IMG/VR virus record: IMGVR_UViG_3300017917_004642
Coordinates: 19,577 to 83,576 of that record
Origin: a virus
Length of the DNA stretch: 64,000 nucleotides
Reading direction: 5' to 3' (one strand)
The translations under genes and the position numbers were made by a program. Shown here piece after piece: positions 1 through 9,001 of the stretch. Numbering within the stretch: the stretch's first letter is position 1; every line of letters starts with the position of its first letter. The notes below the pieces were generated by a model. The model did not search any database and was not told the origin of the DNA. It saw only the letters and a program-made list of their open reading frames with translations.

Positions 1-1614
1 TGCCACTACCACTCATTAAACGAATCAGCTGGTGCTTACCAGTCTTTGAACGTTGTTAACGGTATGGGTCCCGTTGCACCTCCAGCATTCCCAGCTTCTA
101 CGCAAGCAGGTTCTGTAGGCGGTTATTCACCTAACCAAGGATTCTACAGCCAGTCATGGCAAGGATCTGGCGATAAATTCCCTTCACTTCTTCCTTTGGC
201 TATTCAGGTAGCTGCGAAGACTGTAGGTTTTGATATCGTTCCAGTTATCCCTATGTCAGGTCCTTCAGGCGTATTGTCATACCTTGACTACGTTTACGCT
301 GGTGGTAAAGTTAGCCCAGCAAGTGTTGGTACAACCTCTGCAGATGCTTTGGCTGCTGCTCCAACCATGATCAAAGTACAGATCACTTCTTATGCTGCAG
401 GTTATCCTGATTCATTCGTAGTTGGTACTACTTACTACATCACTAACGCTACATCAGCAAGTGCTTACTTGACTACCAAATTTGTTGGTCTTTCAAGAAT
501 CGATGGTTATCCTATCTTCGAAATCACCGACGTAACTGCAGGTGAGTCAGTAGCTTCTGTAATTAACGGTGGTGCTACTAAAATTGGTACAGCTCCTGAC
601 GGTTCACAAGCTGGTACTACTACTGCTTCTGCATCTTTGGTAAAAGCTCTTGAAGATCATATCCAAGGTTTCTCTGGTGCTGGTTTCTATGACAACCAAA
701 ACTGGCAAGGTCCTTTCGTAGATGGTACCAAGACTTACAACCCAATGTTGAGAAGCGTAGGAGAAGAAAACTACTACAACTTGATGGGTCTTTCGACTTT
801 CACCAAGTTCGTAGAAGCTGATACTTTCCAAGTAGCTGCTTCAGTTACAACTGAGCAAATCCAAGATCTTAATAAGCAATTCGGTATCGACGTAATTTCT
901 ATGATCGAGAACGCATTGGTTAATGAGGTTTCACAAGCTATTAACAAGCACATCCTTGCTAGAGCTTTTGCTCTTGGTTGGTCTAACAACAACGCTTTCT
1001 TCACAACTGAAGGCCAAAACCTTAACCTTAACCTTGTAATTGGTGGTACTGCTGGTTCTTACACCATCCCATCTTACGTAGGTAAAGACGATACCGCCAT
1101 CACAATGGCTGGTACTGCTGGTCCTGCTAGCACAAACTACGAGAACTTGTCAACTTTACAAAGAAGATTGTTCTCTAGAATTCTTGCTGCAGCTAACGTA
1201 GTAGCTAACAGAGGTAGAAGAGGTCCTGCTAACTTCATCGTAACTAACGCTAACTTGGCGTCTTCGATGCAAGATATCAGCCAATTCACTTTCGCTCCAT
1301 TCTCAAACACCCTTACCCAAAACAACGGAACTCTTTATCCAGTAGGTTCTCTTGCAGGTATGACAGTGTATGTAGATCAGAACATGAAATACAATGACAC
1401 TAGAATCCTTATCGGTAGAAAAGGTGGTGATGATGAGCCAGGTTTGAAATTCATGCCTTACATGATGGCTGAGTCAATCCAGACTATTTCTGAAGGAACT
1501 ATGTCTCCTAAGATCGCAGTTAAGTCACGTTATGCTTTAGTAGAAGCTGGTTTCCATCCAGAAACTATGTATTTCTGCTTCAACGTTAACGTTCCAACTG
1601 GCGGTTTGAACTAA
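1..1614 (+). CDS. Major capsid protein, T4 gp23-like (5'-truncated by window edge)
   Basis: Frame open from base 1 (CHYHSLNESAGAYQSLNVV...). Segments GFDIVPVIPMSGPSG, EQIQDLNKQFGIDVISMIENALVNEVSQAINKHIL, ANRGRRGPANFIV and PYMMAE...SPKIAVKSRYAL parallel gp23 motifs (AFDICGVQPM, ELAQDLRAVHGMD, RQTGRGEGNFII, PVMGFKTRYGI). Followed by a strong terminator. Confidence 0.93.
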   Translation, partial: CHYHSLNESAGAYQSLNVVNGMGPVAPPAFPASTQAGSVGGYSPNQGFYSQSWQGSGDKFPSLLPLAIQVAAKTVGFDIVPVIPMSGPSGVLSYLDYVYAGGKVSPASVGTTSADALAAAPTMIKVQITSYAAGYPDSFVVGTTYYITNATSASAYLTTKFVGLSRIDGYPIFEITDVTAGESVASVINGGATKIGTAPDGSQAGTTTASASLVKALEDHIQGFSGAGFYDNQNWQGPFVDGTKTYNPMLRSVGEENYYNLMGLSTFTKFVEADTFQVAASVTTEQIQDLNKQFGIDVISMIENALVNEVSQAINKHILARAFALGWSNNNAFFTTEGQNLNLNLVIGGTAGSYTIPSYVGKDDTAITMAGTAGPASTNYENLSTLQRRLFSRILAAANVVANRGRRGPANFIVTNANLASSMQDISQFTFAPFSNTLTQNNGTLYPVGSLAGMTVYVDQNMKYNDTRILIGRKGGDDEPGLKFMPYMMAESIQTISEGTMSPKIAVKSRYALVEAGFHPETMYFCFNVNVPTGGLN

Positions 1615-1635
1615 TAAACTAGATTAACTAACTAT

Positions 1636-1666
1636 AAAACCCCAAGCTTCGGCTTGGGGTTTTTTG
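1636..1666 (+). terminator. Rho-independent terminator after capsid gene
   Basis: AAAACCCCAAGC-TTCG-GCTTGGGGTTTT perfect stem with C(UUCG)G tetraloop and U-run. Confidence 0.92.
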
Positions 1667-1686
1667 TGTTTATCATTTAATGGTAT

Positions 1687-1694
1687 GATATATA
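1687..1694 (+). promoter_or_regulatory. Putative late promoter GATATATA
   Basis: Same octamer recurs in short intergenic gaps about 17-35 nt upstream of several genes; resembles the T4 late TATAAATA element. Confidence 0.6.
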
Positions 1695-1727
1695 GTCTAA
1701 AGTAAATCTTCGGATAGTATATAAGCT

Positions 1728-2849
1728 ATGAGCAAAATTTTTAGATTTGAGCAATATTTAGAAGAAAGGGATTATTTTTCACCTGTCTCTGAAGATTTGT
1801 ACTCAGAAATATCTGATTGGGTTACTAATGAATCCATTAACGAAGGACTGCTGGATACAATTAAAAACAAGCTATCAAAAAATCTATTGGGTGATTTTTC
1901 TAAGGTTTCCGCAATAGATGCAATCAGAAAGGGCAATCTTGAAATTGAAAAGGATCTTGTTTTGAAGAAATATGATTTCAACGATAAGCTTGATGCTTTG
2001 GAATTGAAACTAGCTAAGGTTACAAGAAGCGGAAATAGATCTGCAATCTTGGCAGTACAGAACGAAATTGATAAGAAAAGGGCAGAACAAAAAGCTTACA
2101 TAAAAAGTAAAAAAGCTCAAATTGAAAACGGATTGTTATTACTGTCTAAAGCTATCGATAAGAATAAGAGAAGAAAAGAATATTATGAAGCTGGTAAAGC
2201 AGAGGATGAATTAGCATTTGCCAATTTCGAATATGATATCGCAAAGAAAAAATCAAGCTCACAGAAAGAGGTTGATAAATTGAAAAAATCTTTGGATAAA
2301 GCTAAAGCAGATGCTGAAGAACTTATTAAAAGATTCAAGGATTCTGTTTCTGTTTCTAATGATAATCCAGTTGAAATAGAAAGCAAAGACCTTATAAACC
2401 CAGATAAGATCAAGAAAAAGCTTTCTGCCAAGAAATTCAGTGACCTTATAGAGATTAAAGAAAAAACAAAGCAAAACGTTAACAAGAAAAAAGAAGACCT
2501 TGTTAAGTACCTTGAAGATCTAGCTAATACCATCGAGAAGCATAGTAAAGCTATGGTCAATGTTAAAAGCTCGGTTTTAGCATCAGCTGAAAAAAAATCT
2601 ACCGATTTAGCAAATGAAATTGATGCTCAAATTAATCTTCTTAATCTTTATAATAATATAGGTAATTCCCAAACCGAGATCGAAAAGGTATTAAAGGATC
2701 CTTCCGATTTAAAATCTTTGTTTTCAAAAATCAGTAATGCAATTAAAGATTCTAAGGATGATTCCTCTGGGATTTCAAAAGAAATTCTTGTTGTTTTTTC
2801 TGATCCGACTGCTAAAAAATTGAAACAAGCAATTAAAAAAATTAAATAA
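1728..2849 (+). CDS. K/E-rich coiled-coil protein, putative head-internal protein
   Basis: 373 aa; N-terminal KIFRFEQYLEE and TNESINEG motifs; paralogous to the next gene. Confidence 0.55.
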   Translation: MSKIFRFEQYLEERDYFSPVSEDLYSEISDWVTNESINEGLLDTIKNKLSKNLLGDFSKVSAIDAIRKGNLEIEKDLVLKKYDFNDKLDALELKLAKVTRSGNRSAILAVQNEIDKKRAEQKAYIKSKKAQIENGLLLLSKAIDKNKRRKEYYEAGKAEDELAFANFEYDIAKKKSSSQKEVDKLKKSLDKAKADAEELIKRFKDSVSVSNDNPVEIESKDLINPDKIKKKLSAKKFSDLIEIKEKTKQNVNKKKEDLVKYLEDLANTIEKHSKAMVNVKSSVLASAEKKSTDLANEIDAQINLLNLYNNIGNSQTEIEKVLKDPSDLKSLFSKISNAIKDSKDDSSGISKEILVVFSDPTAKKLKQAIKKIK

Positions 2850-2850
2850 G

Positions 2851-3741
2851 ATGCTGTATAACTTTAAACGGTGGCAAAATGAAATTGCCTTAAACGAATC
2901 TAAATCCATGGATAGCATCATGAATTGGCTTAGCTCCAATTTTGGCGGTTCTGTGGCAAAGATAGATTCCCTACTCGGTAACATTCTTTCTATTGAAGAA
3001 GATTACATGAAAGAATGGAATGATATACAAACAGAAATAGACTCTTTGGAAGTTCAAAAAGCACAGATCAAAAGTGATCCGGCTGAAGCTAAAAAATTGG
3101 AAAGAATGATTTCCAGAAGCCACAAGCTTCTTGACGCATTATCCAAGAAAAGAAGAGCTAAGATTGATGACGTTGAGAAAAAGGTGGAAGCTGCTACAGA
3201 AGGCAAACAAAGACTGATCGCTTATTGGAACATGAAGAAATCTGAGGCTGAATCTGATGTTGCTGAAAAGTTGTATAAGATTGCTAAAAATCTTACCGAT
3301 TCTTCGATTGCTGATGAACTATACGACAAGTATAAAGATGCTGCATTAATGGCAAAAAAGAAAGATGAACAATTCAGATCTAAATTTGGTGAACTTAAAC
3401 TTTCTTCAGCAAGTACTTCACTCGACTCTGATGAAAAGCCATCTAAAACTAGTAGTTTTTCACTAGACCCTATCCTTGCAATGAATGCTGTTCAATTTAC
3501 CAAGTATGTTCAAGGATTAGAAAAAGGTGCGGTTAAAGAGCTAATCAAATTTATGATGACCGAAAGAAACGAAAGGTATGCAACCATTGACACAGAAAGG
3601 GATAGGCTTGAAGCTCAAGCTGATAAAAAAGGACTTTCTGCATCCGATGTTAAATCAAGTCTGAAAGATTTAAGAGAAACCCTGATGGAGCAGGTCAGAG
3701 ATTTAAGAACGAAAATAACCATCGCAAGAAGATATGCCTAA
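2851..3741 (+). CDS. K/E-rich coiled-coil protein, paralog of upstream gene, putative head-internal protein
   Basis: 296 aa; MLYNFKRW...ALNES; aligns by eye with 1728..2849 over about 130 aa. Confidence 0.55.
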   Translation: MLYNFKRWQNEIALNESKSMDSIMNWLSSNFGGSVAKIDSLLGNILSIEEDYMKEWNDIQTEIDSLEVQKAQIKSDPAEAKKLERMISRSHKLLDALSKKRRAKIDDVEKKVEAATEGKQRLIAYWNMKKSEAESDVAEKLYKIAKNLTDSSIADELYDKYKDAALMAKKKDEQFRSKFGELKLSSASTSLDSDEKPSKTSSFSLDPILAMNAVQFTKYVQGLEKGAVKELIKFMMTERNERYATIDTERDRLEAQADKKGLSASDVKSSLKDLRETLMEQVRDLRTKITIARRYA

Positions 3742-4018
3742 TCTAAGTCAATCACCTAAAATTGTTGGGCTTAAGGATTTCCAAATTAACGAGGGTGTTA
3801 ATGAGAATTTAATCACTGCAAAGAAACTTGTTAATGATAAACTTGCAGAGATTGCCGGTGAAATTGCTAACGAGAAAAAACAAATCACAACTCCCAATAA
3901 AATTGCTAGTATGAGAAAGCAGGCGACACTCTATAGTCAAATGCCAGCTCTTATTAACAAACTAGCAGATGCTATAGATGCTAAAGAAAAATCAGGAGAT
4001 AGAACAAACATTTATTAA
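3734..4018 (+). CDS. Small helical hypothetical protein, putative head-internal
   Basis: 94 aa; GLKDFQINEGVNEN motif; overlaps upstream stop. Confidence 0.5.
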   Translation: MPNLSQSPKIVGLKDFQINEGVNENLITAKKLVNDKLAEIAGEIANEKKQITTPNKIASMRKQATLYSQMPALINKLADAIDAKEKSGDRTNIY

Positions 4019-4022
4019 GACT

Positions 4023-6473
4023 ATGAAAAATTACTTTGGTAATAACCCAATTGCTAGACAGATAGCATTAGATACCTACAGATTAGATGAGAATGCTTCT
4101 GTTGATAGTTTATTAAAGAGAGCAACCGAGGTTACACTCGATACTTTTAAAAAGTTGATATTTGATCTTGCTGTAAAATCAAGTAGAAATCCGGATGCCC
4201 TCCGTCTTAAATTAACTGATGTTGGCTCTTCTAAGACTATCAAGAATCTTGTAGCCAAAATTAAAGATTATGCTAGTGAGGTTGAACTCTCTGATTCTAA
4301 ATATGCTGAAGTGAAACAGATGTATCTTAAAGCTTTGGATCAGATTTCTGATGCTCTAAAAAGACTTGTTGAGGTTGATCCAAAACTTGGAGATATGGCG
4401 ATTGATAATTTCCAAGAGCTTTCAACTAAACTTGTAAAGTCTTTGGAAGAAATAGCCACTTCATATTCTTCAAAAATGAACGATTCTGCTGACTTCGAAG
4501 GAACTCCGTTGAACGAATCTATTTTTACCGGATACAAAGGAAGAATCGAAAAGCTTAGAAAAAAGCTAGTAAATCTTATCTCTGATTCGAAAGGAAAGGA
4601 TACTAAATCAGGATATGGTAGAGATTGGCAGAGAATGTTTAGTGCATTGGATCAAAAGCTAGATGCAATTGATACAGCAAAAGATGTAGTTGGTGAGAAG
4701 GATAGAAAAAATCTTGCGGATCTAGAAAAGCAAACTGACAATCTAGCACAGGAGTATTACAATTACAAGATTAAAGCGACAGAGCAGGTTATGAAGAAAA
4801 TCGTTGATGACGATGAGCTTGTGACCAAATTTTCTGATGTGAATGATCTAATTACAACAGCTCTTGATATGATTGCTAAAGCCAATGTACAGGAAGCTAT
4901 CATCGAAACCAGAATTAGAGAAGATCTCGAGGAAGAAGAAGCTAAAATTAACGAGAAGGTATTTCCGATTAAAACTGGTTCTAAGGACACCGATCTTAAG
5001 TACAAAAAATCAGGCATCATTAAAGCAGTTCAGAAATCATTAATGGATGCATTCCCATCAATTGGCAGGTTGCTGTCAGAAAGAGGTGGGTCTGATGGTA
5101 TCTACGGGGATAGAACAACTGTGGCAATTAAAGCAATACAGGGTGCATTCGGCAACAAAAACGTTAACGGTGAATTGGACAAAGCCTTACTCGATACCAT
5201 TTTATCTTTAGATCAAGTTTCCTCTGATAATAAAAAATTGATTAACGAAAGTTTGGAGAAGCTGAAAAAAGCTTATGCAGTTTCAGAAAGTAATAGAGTA
5301 TTAAGTTCTCTTGAATTCTTAAAAATGAACGAGGCTTCTTTGTACATCAATGACGAGGATCTACAGAAGCAGATTGAAAAACACTCAGAGGATCTAGCAA
5401 ATTCACCAGTTACCAATTCTGCTCCCGGTAAAATTTCAACCTCCGATTCAGAATTGGCTAAAGATTTAGCAAAGGGCCTACGCAAAGAAGGATATAACAA
5501 GAATGCGGAGGAAGACAATTTCATTAGAGAGGATGGAACGTTTAAAGCTTCTTACCCTGTTGAGTATGTTCAGGCCTGGTATGACACTATAGTGGCAAAC
5601 GAGGGCAAAGATAAAAAGCCTTCTTTCTTCTGGCTTCAAAAAGAAGGAGATGATATTGGTGGACTTTACCCAACAAGAAGACTTTCTGGTAACATAAAGA
5701 AGCCATGCAACTGGCCAAAGTGGAGTGAATTGTCTAGTTCTGATTCTGATTCAGAAATTAATAGCTTTGCTAACTGGTACACTAGCATATATTCAAATTT
5801 TGGTGGTGCAACAGATTCAGCAAGATTGGATACTCTGAAAGATATTTTAACGTTTCATGCAGATTCGGAAAATGTCGACGAAGCTCCTGCTGGAATGAGT
5901 GACGAAGTATCAAGATTGGTTTCTTCCTATGATGAAGTTAGAGATTCCTTAAGATCCGAGAAATCAGAAGGGAAGGACAATGCCTACGAGTATTTTTCTA
6001 GGGGATACATTACTCCAGCAACGATGAAAATTATTGCAGAAGCTGCTAAAAAAGGTGCCCAAGTAGGAGACAAGGATCCAGATTTGGGTGAATATGATTT
6101 TATGCTAATTGCAAACCTAATTGCATTGGTAGCAACTTGTGTAACTTATGATAACAAAAATAAAAAGTTTTCTCCCGCTATAGATATTCTGTTAAGAGAT
6201 GCTCTTAATGAAGAAGTCATGTCAAGAATCATGAAGGATAAAAGCTTTAGCACAGGTAAGAAAAAACACAAGATGGCAAAGCTTGTTAGCGGAAGCGGAA
6301 TTATAGTTGGAGATAAGGAATACGATGCTAAAAAAGTTATGGAGAACAACATTAAGAGAGCAAAAGAGGTTCATAAAAAATTAATCGAGCAACATGCATC
6401 TAGAATGAATATGAAAAATATCGACGATGCTTCTGCTGCTGCCAGCGCTACCATTTACGTGGTGCCAGAATAA
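4023..6473 (+). CDS. Large helical protein with central peptidoglycan-binding (PG_binding_1-like) domain
   Basis: Start moved to ATG 4023 (816 aa). IKTGSK...IIKAVQKSL...SDGIYGDRTTVAIKAIQ...NGELD matches the PGBD pattern; several (L/I/M)NE(S/A/K) sites. Confidence 0.65.
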   Translation: MKNYFGNNPIARQIALDTYRLDENASVDSLLKRATEVTLDTFKKLIFDLAVKSSRNPDALRLKLTDVGSSKTIKNLVAKIKDYASEVELSDSKYAEVKQMYLKALDQISDALKRLVEVDPKLGDMAIDNFQELSTKLVKSLEEIATSYSSKMNDSADFEGTPLNESIFTGYKGRIEKLRKKLVNLISDSKGKDTKSGYGRDWQRMFSALDQKLDAIDTAKDVVGEKDRKNLADLEKQTDNLAQEYYNYKIKATEQVMKKIVDDDELVTKFSDVNDLITTALDMIAKANVQEAIIETRIREDLEEEEAKINEKVFPIKTGSKDTDLKYKKSGIIKAVQKSLMDAFPSIGRLLSERGGSDGIYGDRTTVAIKAIQGAFGNKNVNGELDKALLDTILSLDQVSSDNKKLINESLEKLKKAYAVSESNRVLSSLEFLKMNEASLYINDEDLQKQIEKHSEDLANSPVTNSAPGKISTSDSELAKDLAKGLRKEGYNKNAEEDNFIREDGTFKASYPVEYVQAWYDTIVANEGKDKKPSFFWLQKEGDDIGGLYPTRRLSGNIKKPCNWPKWSELSSSDSDSEINSFANWYTSIYSNFGGATDSARLDTLKDILTFHADSENVDEAPAGMSDEVSRLVSSYDEVRDSLRSEKSEGKDNAYEYFSRGYITPATMKIIAEAAKKGAQVGDKDPDLGEYDFMLIANLIALVATCVTYDNKNKKFSPAIDILLRDALNEEVMSRIMKDKSFSTGKKKHKMAKLVSGSGIIVGDKEYDAKKVMENNIKRAKEVHKKLIEQHASRMNMKNIDDASAAASATIYVVPE

Positions 6474-6491
6474 ATTAAAAACAAATTTAAT

Positions 6492-6524
6492 AAATGGAGC
6501 ACTTTTAAGTGTTCCATTTTTTTT
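6492..6524 (+). terminator. Rho-independent terminator
   Basis: AAATGGAGCACT / AGTGTTCCATTT stem (one G-U pair) followed by T-run. Confidence 0.8.
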
Positions 6525-6540
6525 GCACGAAGGATTTTAG

Positions 6541-6548
6541 TAATTTTG
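6541..6548 (+). promoter_or_regulatory. Possible Bacteroidota primary-sigma -7 element (TAnnTTTG)
   Basis: TAATTTTG 22 nt upstream of the ATG at 6571; TTTG at 6522-6525 has a shorter-than-typical spacer. Confidence 0.4.
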
Positions 6549-6570
6549 ATTAGTAACAAAAAACAGAATT

Positions 6571-6936
6571 ATGAAAACAAACATCCTTTTGCTCGCAATT
6601 TTATCCTTAGCCATTTTCTCTTGTACCGAAGAAAAGAAAACCACAGCACCAGTGGTTAAAGCACATCACCTGGATGGATTTCTCGAAAAATCTAAATCTG
6701 CAACTAAGGAGATTCAGGATTCAGAGATAGACGTCGAATCGACTACCAAATTGGCCATTTGTCTGGATGAATGGAAAAGCGAATTTCCTGGTGATTATGA
6801 CGTAATTTCTAAAGAATCCAATGGATGGGAGATTGCCAAGAAACTAAAGAGAAACAAAAATTTCGTACAGATAGCTCAACGTAATGGATTTGGCATCAAA
6901 TCAATTCACTATATAGAGAATGGTCTTACCCAATAA
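6571..6936 (+). CDS. Putative lipoprotein
   Basis: MKTNILLLAILSLAIFS-C signal peptide II with lipobox Cys followed by TEEKK. Confidence 0.7.
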   Translation: MKTNILLLAILSLAIFSCTEEKKTTAPVVKAHHLDGFLEKSKSATKEIQDSEIDVESTTKLAICLDEWKSEFPGDYDVISKESNGWEIAKKLKRNKNFVQIAQRNGFGIKSIHYIENGLTQ

Positions 6937-7016
6937 TCAGTTGCAAGGTTCACAAATAACGAAAAATCCGAAATAACTTTTCTTAGGTGCAGTAAAATGT
7001 TCAAAAGGAAAGGATT

Positions 7017-7556
7017 ATGATCACTATATTCGAAGGACCAAGGAATTCTGGAAAAACATTTTTAGCAAACAGATATTCCAAGCTAAAGAATTCAAAGATA
7101 TTTAAATTTGACTTTGTTGGCTGGTTCAATGAATTAGAATTACAAGACTCGTCCGAATCGACACACCTCTTTGCTTTGGGCAAAGAGGCTATGTTGTTGC
7201 AATTGAATCGTGACGGAATGCTTCCGGATTTTGTGTTGGATAGAGGCTTTCTTACTGTATTAACGTGGGGTATATTATCTGGCAGAATAACGGAGGATCA
7301 AGCACATCGTCATTTAATAATACTTGCAGAAAAGGGTCTGCTAAAAGACTGTAAGATTATTTACGTCCTTGGCCAGAACCCAAATAAAGACACTAGAAAT
7401 AAAGATAACTGGGATCATGTTGAAGAATCTGGTAGGGAAAGAGATGTTATGGAAAATTTAAGAGATTTTATCTGTAATCAACCGTATAACGTAGAAACTA
7501 TATTTGTCCACAATCCATTTAATGATTCTGTAAACTTACAATTGGAAAAAATTTGA
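7017..7556 (+). CDS. Thymidylate/dNMP kinase-like P-loop protein
   Basis: ITIFEGPRNSGKT Walker A and FVLDRGFLT (DR motif of the TMK family). Confidence 0.75.
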   Translation: MITIFEGPRNSGKTFLANRYSKLKNSKIFKFDFVGWFNELELQDSSESTHLFALGKEAMLLQLNRDGMLPDFVLDRGFLTVLTWGILSGRITEDQAHRHLIILAEKGLLKDCKIIYVLGQNPNKDTRNKDNWDHVEESGRERDVMENLRDFICNQPYNVETIFVHNPFNDSVNLQLEKI

Positions 7557-7557
7557 T

Positions 7558-8955
7558 ATGTGCGGAATACTATTAACTAATGATGGATCTGAAAAGGTTC
7601 TAAATTCAATTCAACACAGGGGAATTGAAAAAAGCGTGATTGAAAAAAATGGATTCTTTTTATGCCACCATAGATTACCGATCCAAACTTCTGACGGTGA
7701 CGACTGGAATCAGCCCAGAGAAATATCACCCGGTGTATTTCTTATGTTTAATGGCGAGATATTCAATTATGAAAAATCTAACTATAGCTCCGACATCGAA
7801 TACCTCTGTTCAATCTTCAGCATGTATAAAGGTGGATCCTTCCAGATGTTTTGTGCTATGTTTCTGCCGAGAATACAAACGTGGGACGGGTTTTGGTCGA
7901 TTGTAATATACGACTCAAACAATAAGGAAGTAATTGCATTTACAGATCCACTCGGCAAGAAGTGTTTATATTATAATCAGGATGGCGAGATTTCTTCCGA
8001 GATTAAAAGTTTATATCATTCACAAAGTCCAGTTGATGAGCACTTTATAAGTTCAGTTAGAAAATGGGGATACGTGACAAACGATTCTACCCCCTTCGGA
8101 GACGTAAAAAGATTCCTGCCAAATAACATCTATCACTACAGTCTGGACAATCCTGATTTTAAGATAACATACCCCAATTATTATAAGGGTTTTGAACACC
8201 CAATCGAGGAGCTTAAAGGATGCACATACGAAGAACATTTAGAATGGCTGTGGAATAAAATGTTTGAATCCGTTCAGAATAGACTTGTTTCAAAGAATTA
8301 TCCCATTTCTCTTCTGGTATCTGGTGGATTAGATTCATCGATAATTGCTGCAATACTTTCAGAGCTAAATGCAGATGTAAAATGGTTTAGCATCGAAAAC
8401 GGAGAAAAAGAGTACATAGACATTCTAAGGAAGCATCTTAATAAGGAGGTTACATTCCTTGATTACAGTATGGACGATTCAATCGTTAAAGAAATATACC
8501 AAATCTGGAACGAAGGACCGATAGATCTAGGATCTGTTATTCCTCAATACCACTTGTTTGAGGCTGTAAAAAAATTCGGTGGTTATCGTATTGTTTTAAG
8601 CGGAGACGGATCTGATGAACTCTTTGGTGGGTATAGCAGAATCAACGAATACGATTCACAGAAGTCAGATGTCTTTGACGAGCTTTCTTTTTACCATCTG
8701 CCGAGACTTGATAAAATGTCAATGGCCCATACATTGGAATTAAGAAGTCCTTTCTTACATCTTGATATTGTAAGGTTTGCCCTTCACCTTCCTTTGGAGT
8801 GGAGAAAAGGTAAACAGATCCTTAAAGATACTTTTTCACCTCTACTTCCTTCTGAGATTGTTGACAGAAAAAAAGAAGCTTTAAAGAATCCAAAGATCAA
8901 AGCTGATAAACTTGCATATCGTCAGCATGCTGTTGATCTATTTCTAGATCTTTAA
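7558..8955 (+). CDS. asnB: Asparagine synthetase B-like glutamine amidotransferase
   Basis: MCGI Ntn start, HRG, FNGEIFNY, SGGLDSS PP-loop, LSGDGSDELFGGY, DKMSMAHTLELRSPFL. Confidence 0.88.
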   Translation: MCGILLTNDGSEKVLNSIQHRGIEKSVIEKNGFFLCHHRLPIQTSDGDDWNQPREISPGVFLMFNGEIFNYEKSNYSSDIEYLCSIFSMYKGGSFQMFCAMFLPRIQTWDGFWSIVIYDSNNKEVIAFTDPLGKKCLYYNQDGEISSEIKSLYHSQSPVDEHFISSVRKWGYVTNDSTPFGDVKRFLPNNIYHYSLDNPDFKITYPNYYKGFEHPIEELKGCTYEEHLEWLWNKMFESVQNRLVSKNYPISLLVSGGLDSSIIAAILSELNADVKWFSIENGEKEYIDILRKHLNKEVTFLDYSMDDSIVKEIYQIWNEGPIDLGSVIPQYHLFEAVKKFGGYRIVLSGDGSDELFGGYSRINEYDSQKSDVFDELSFYHLPRLDKMSMAHTLELRSPFLHLDIVRFALHLPLEWRKGKQILKDTFSPLLPSEIVDRKKEALKNPKIKADKLAYRQHAVDLFLDL

Positions 8956-8972
8956 TAACTCAAACCTAGGAA

Positions 8973-8980
8973 GATATATA
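8973..8980 (+). promoter_or_regulatory. Putative late promoter GATATATA
   Basis: Recurrent intergenic octamer 21 nt upstream of ATG 9002. Confidence 0.6.
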
Positions 8981-9001
8981 GCTTAAATATCTTCTATTTC
9001 G

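Noticed and set aside
7558-8955. Gat-QueC (7-deazaguanine pathway)
   Set aside because: It has AsnB-specific GDGSDELFGGY and E.R.PFL motifs, lacks the QueC C-terminal zinc-binding cysteines, and no queD/queE/folE/dpdA is in the window.
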